From Macrostomum lignano (Eukaryota): a DNA stretch of 64,000 nucleotides. Within the stretch, counting starts at the first letter, position 1, and every line of letters starts with the position of its first letter. Where the stretch lies: the NCBI GenBank assembly GCA_002269645.1, contig NIVC01002741.1, positions 80,050 to 144,049 on the forward strand, given 5' to 3'. The translations under genes and the position numbers were made by a program. Positions 63,386 to 64,000 of the stretch are shown here, one piece after another. The notes beneath the pieces are model-generated. The model made no database searches, had not been told where the DNA came from, and saw nothing but the letters and a program-made list of their open reading frames with translations.

Positions 63386-64000
63386 TGCTATTTTCTCATC
63401 TTTTGTTACACTTTTGCATTCAGCTGACTGTGCTGCCTAGTACTCTCGTTATCAAAATTTGAATACGTACCTTCTCTGATTGTGCCCGATTGGCATGTTT
63501 TGCATATTGTATGAGTGCACTCCTAATATGATTGTTCACACAATCACAAAGTGATCACCTTTCTTTCGTTACTTAATTTTTAAATCAGTCGTGTAAATGG
63601 TTCGAAGAGTAATGTCAGTAGACATGTGTCCAGAAACCGTGGATAAAGCTATGCTACTATCGCGATGCAATGCATCGACAGTGGCGATGCGACAAATATA
63701 AGTTCCTTACGACCTCCAGCTCGTTTCCAAGAAAACCAAGTGCTGCCTCCTTTTACTGCACCTGTGCACGTTGTCACTCTGAACCTCCTAACCCGTGCTA
63801 AAAGCTCCGAAAGTGTTTTACCATATTGGTCGGGACAACAAGTGACAAAAGCAACGGGAATTACTGGATTCATCCAATTAACGCTGTTCTCCGAATGGGG
63901 GGGGATCCAGTCAAGCTAAAAATGACTCCGCATCCTCGAATGGCTGATTTTTGCGGGTATAGTCATAGGAAGAAAGTGATTGAAAAAGTAAAATAAAAAA

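Overview
Eukaryotic (metazoan) genomic DNA with GC-rich, Ala/Gly/Ser/Gln-rich exons, introns filled by private minisatellites and AT-rich spacers. This architecture is consistent with the free-living flatworm Macrostomum, which is an inference, not an identification. Hand-splicing at GT..AG sites gives four complete conserved genes. Three lie head-to-tail on the minus strand: hnRNP F/H-like with four qRRMs (18603-12330), TBC1D24/skywalker (9907-5423) and a Hox-domain ceramide synthase (2478-68). A MAGI scaffold gene lies on the plus strand (28837-41816). The right third is an accessory region: two paralogous GPI-anchored two-domain three-finger (Ly6/uPAR-like) genes that differ mostly at amino-acid-changing sites, and between them an orphan exon encoding a cationic helix plus a C-C-CC-C-C knottin. 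It also holds extra copies of the Ly6 upstream region, DIRS-like, LINE and SINE debris, and a composite TIR element with a 9-bp TSD. Most long ORFs in the supplied track are minisatellite artefacts. No rRNA, confident tRNA or CRISPR array was found.
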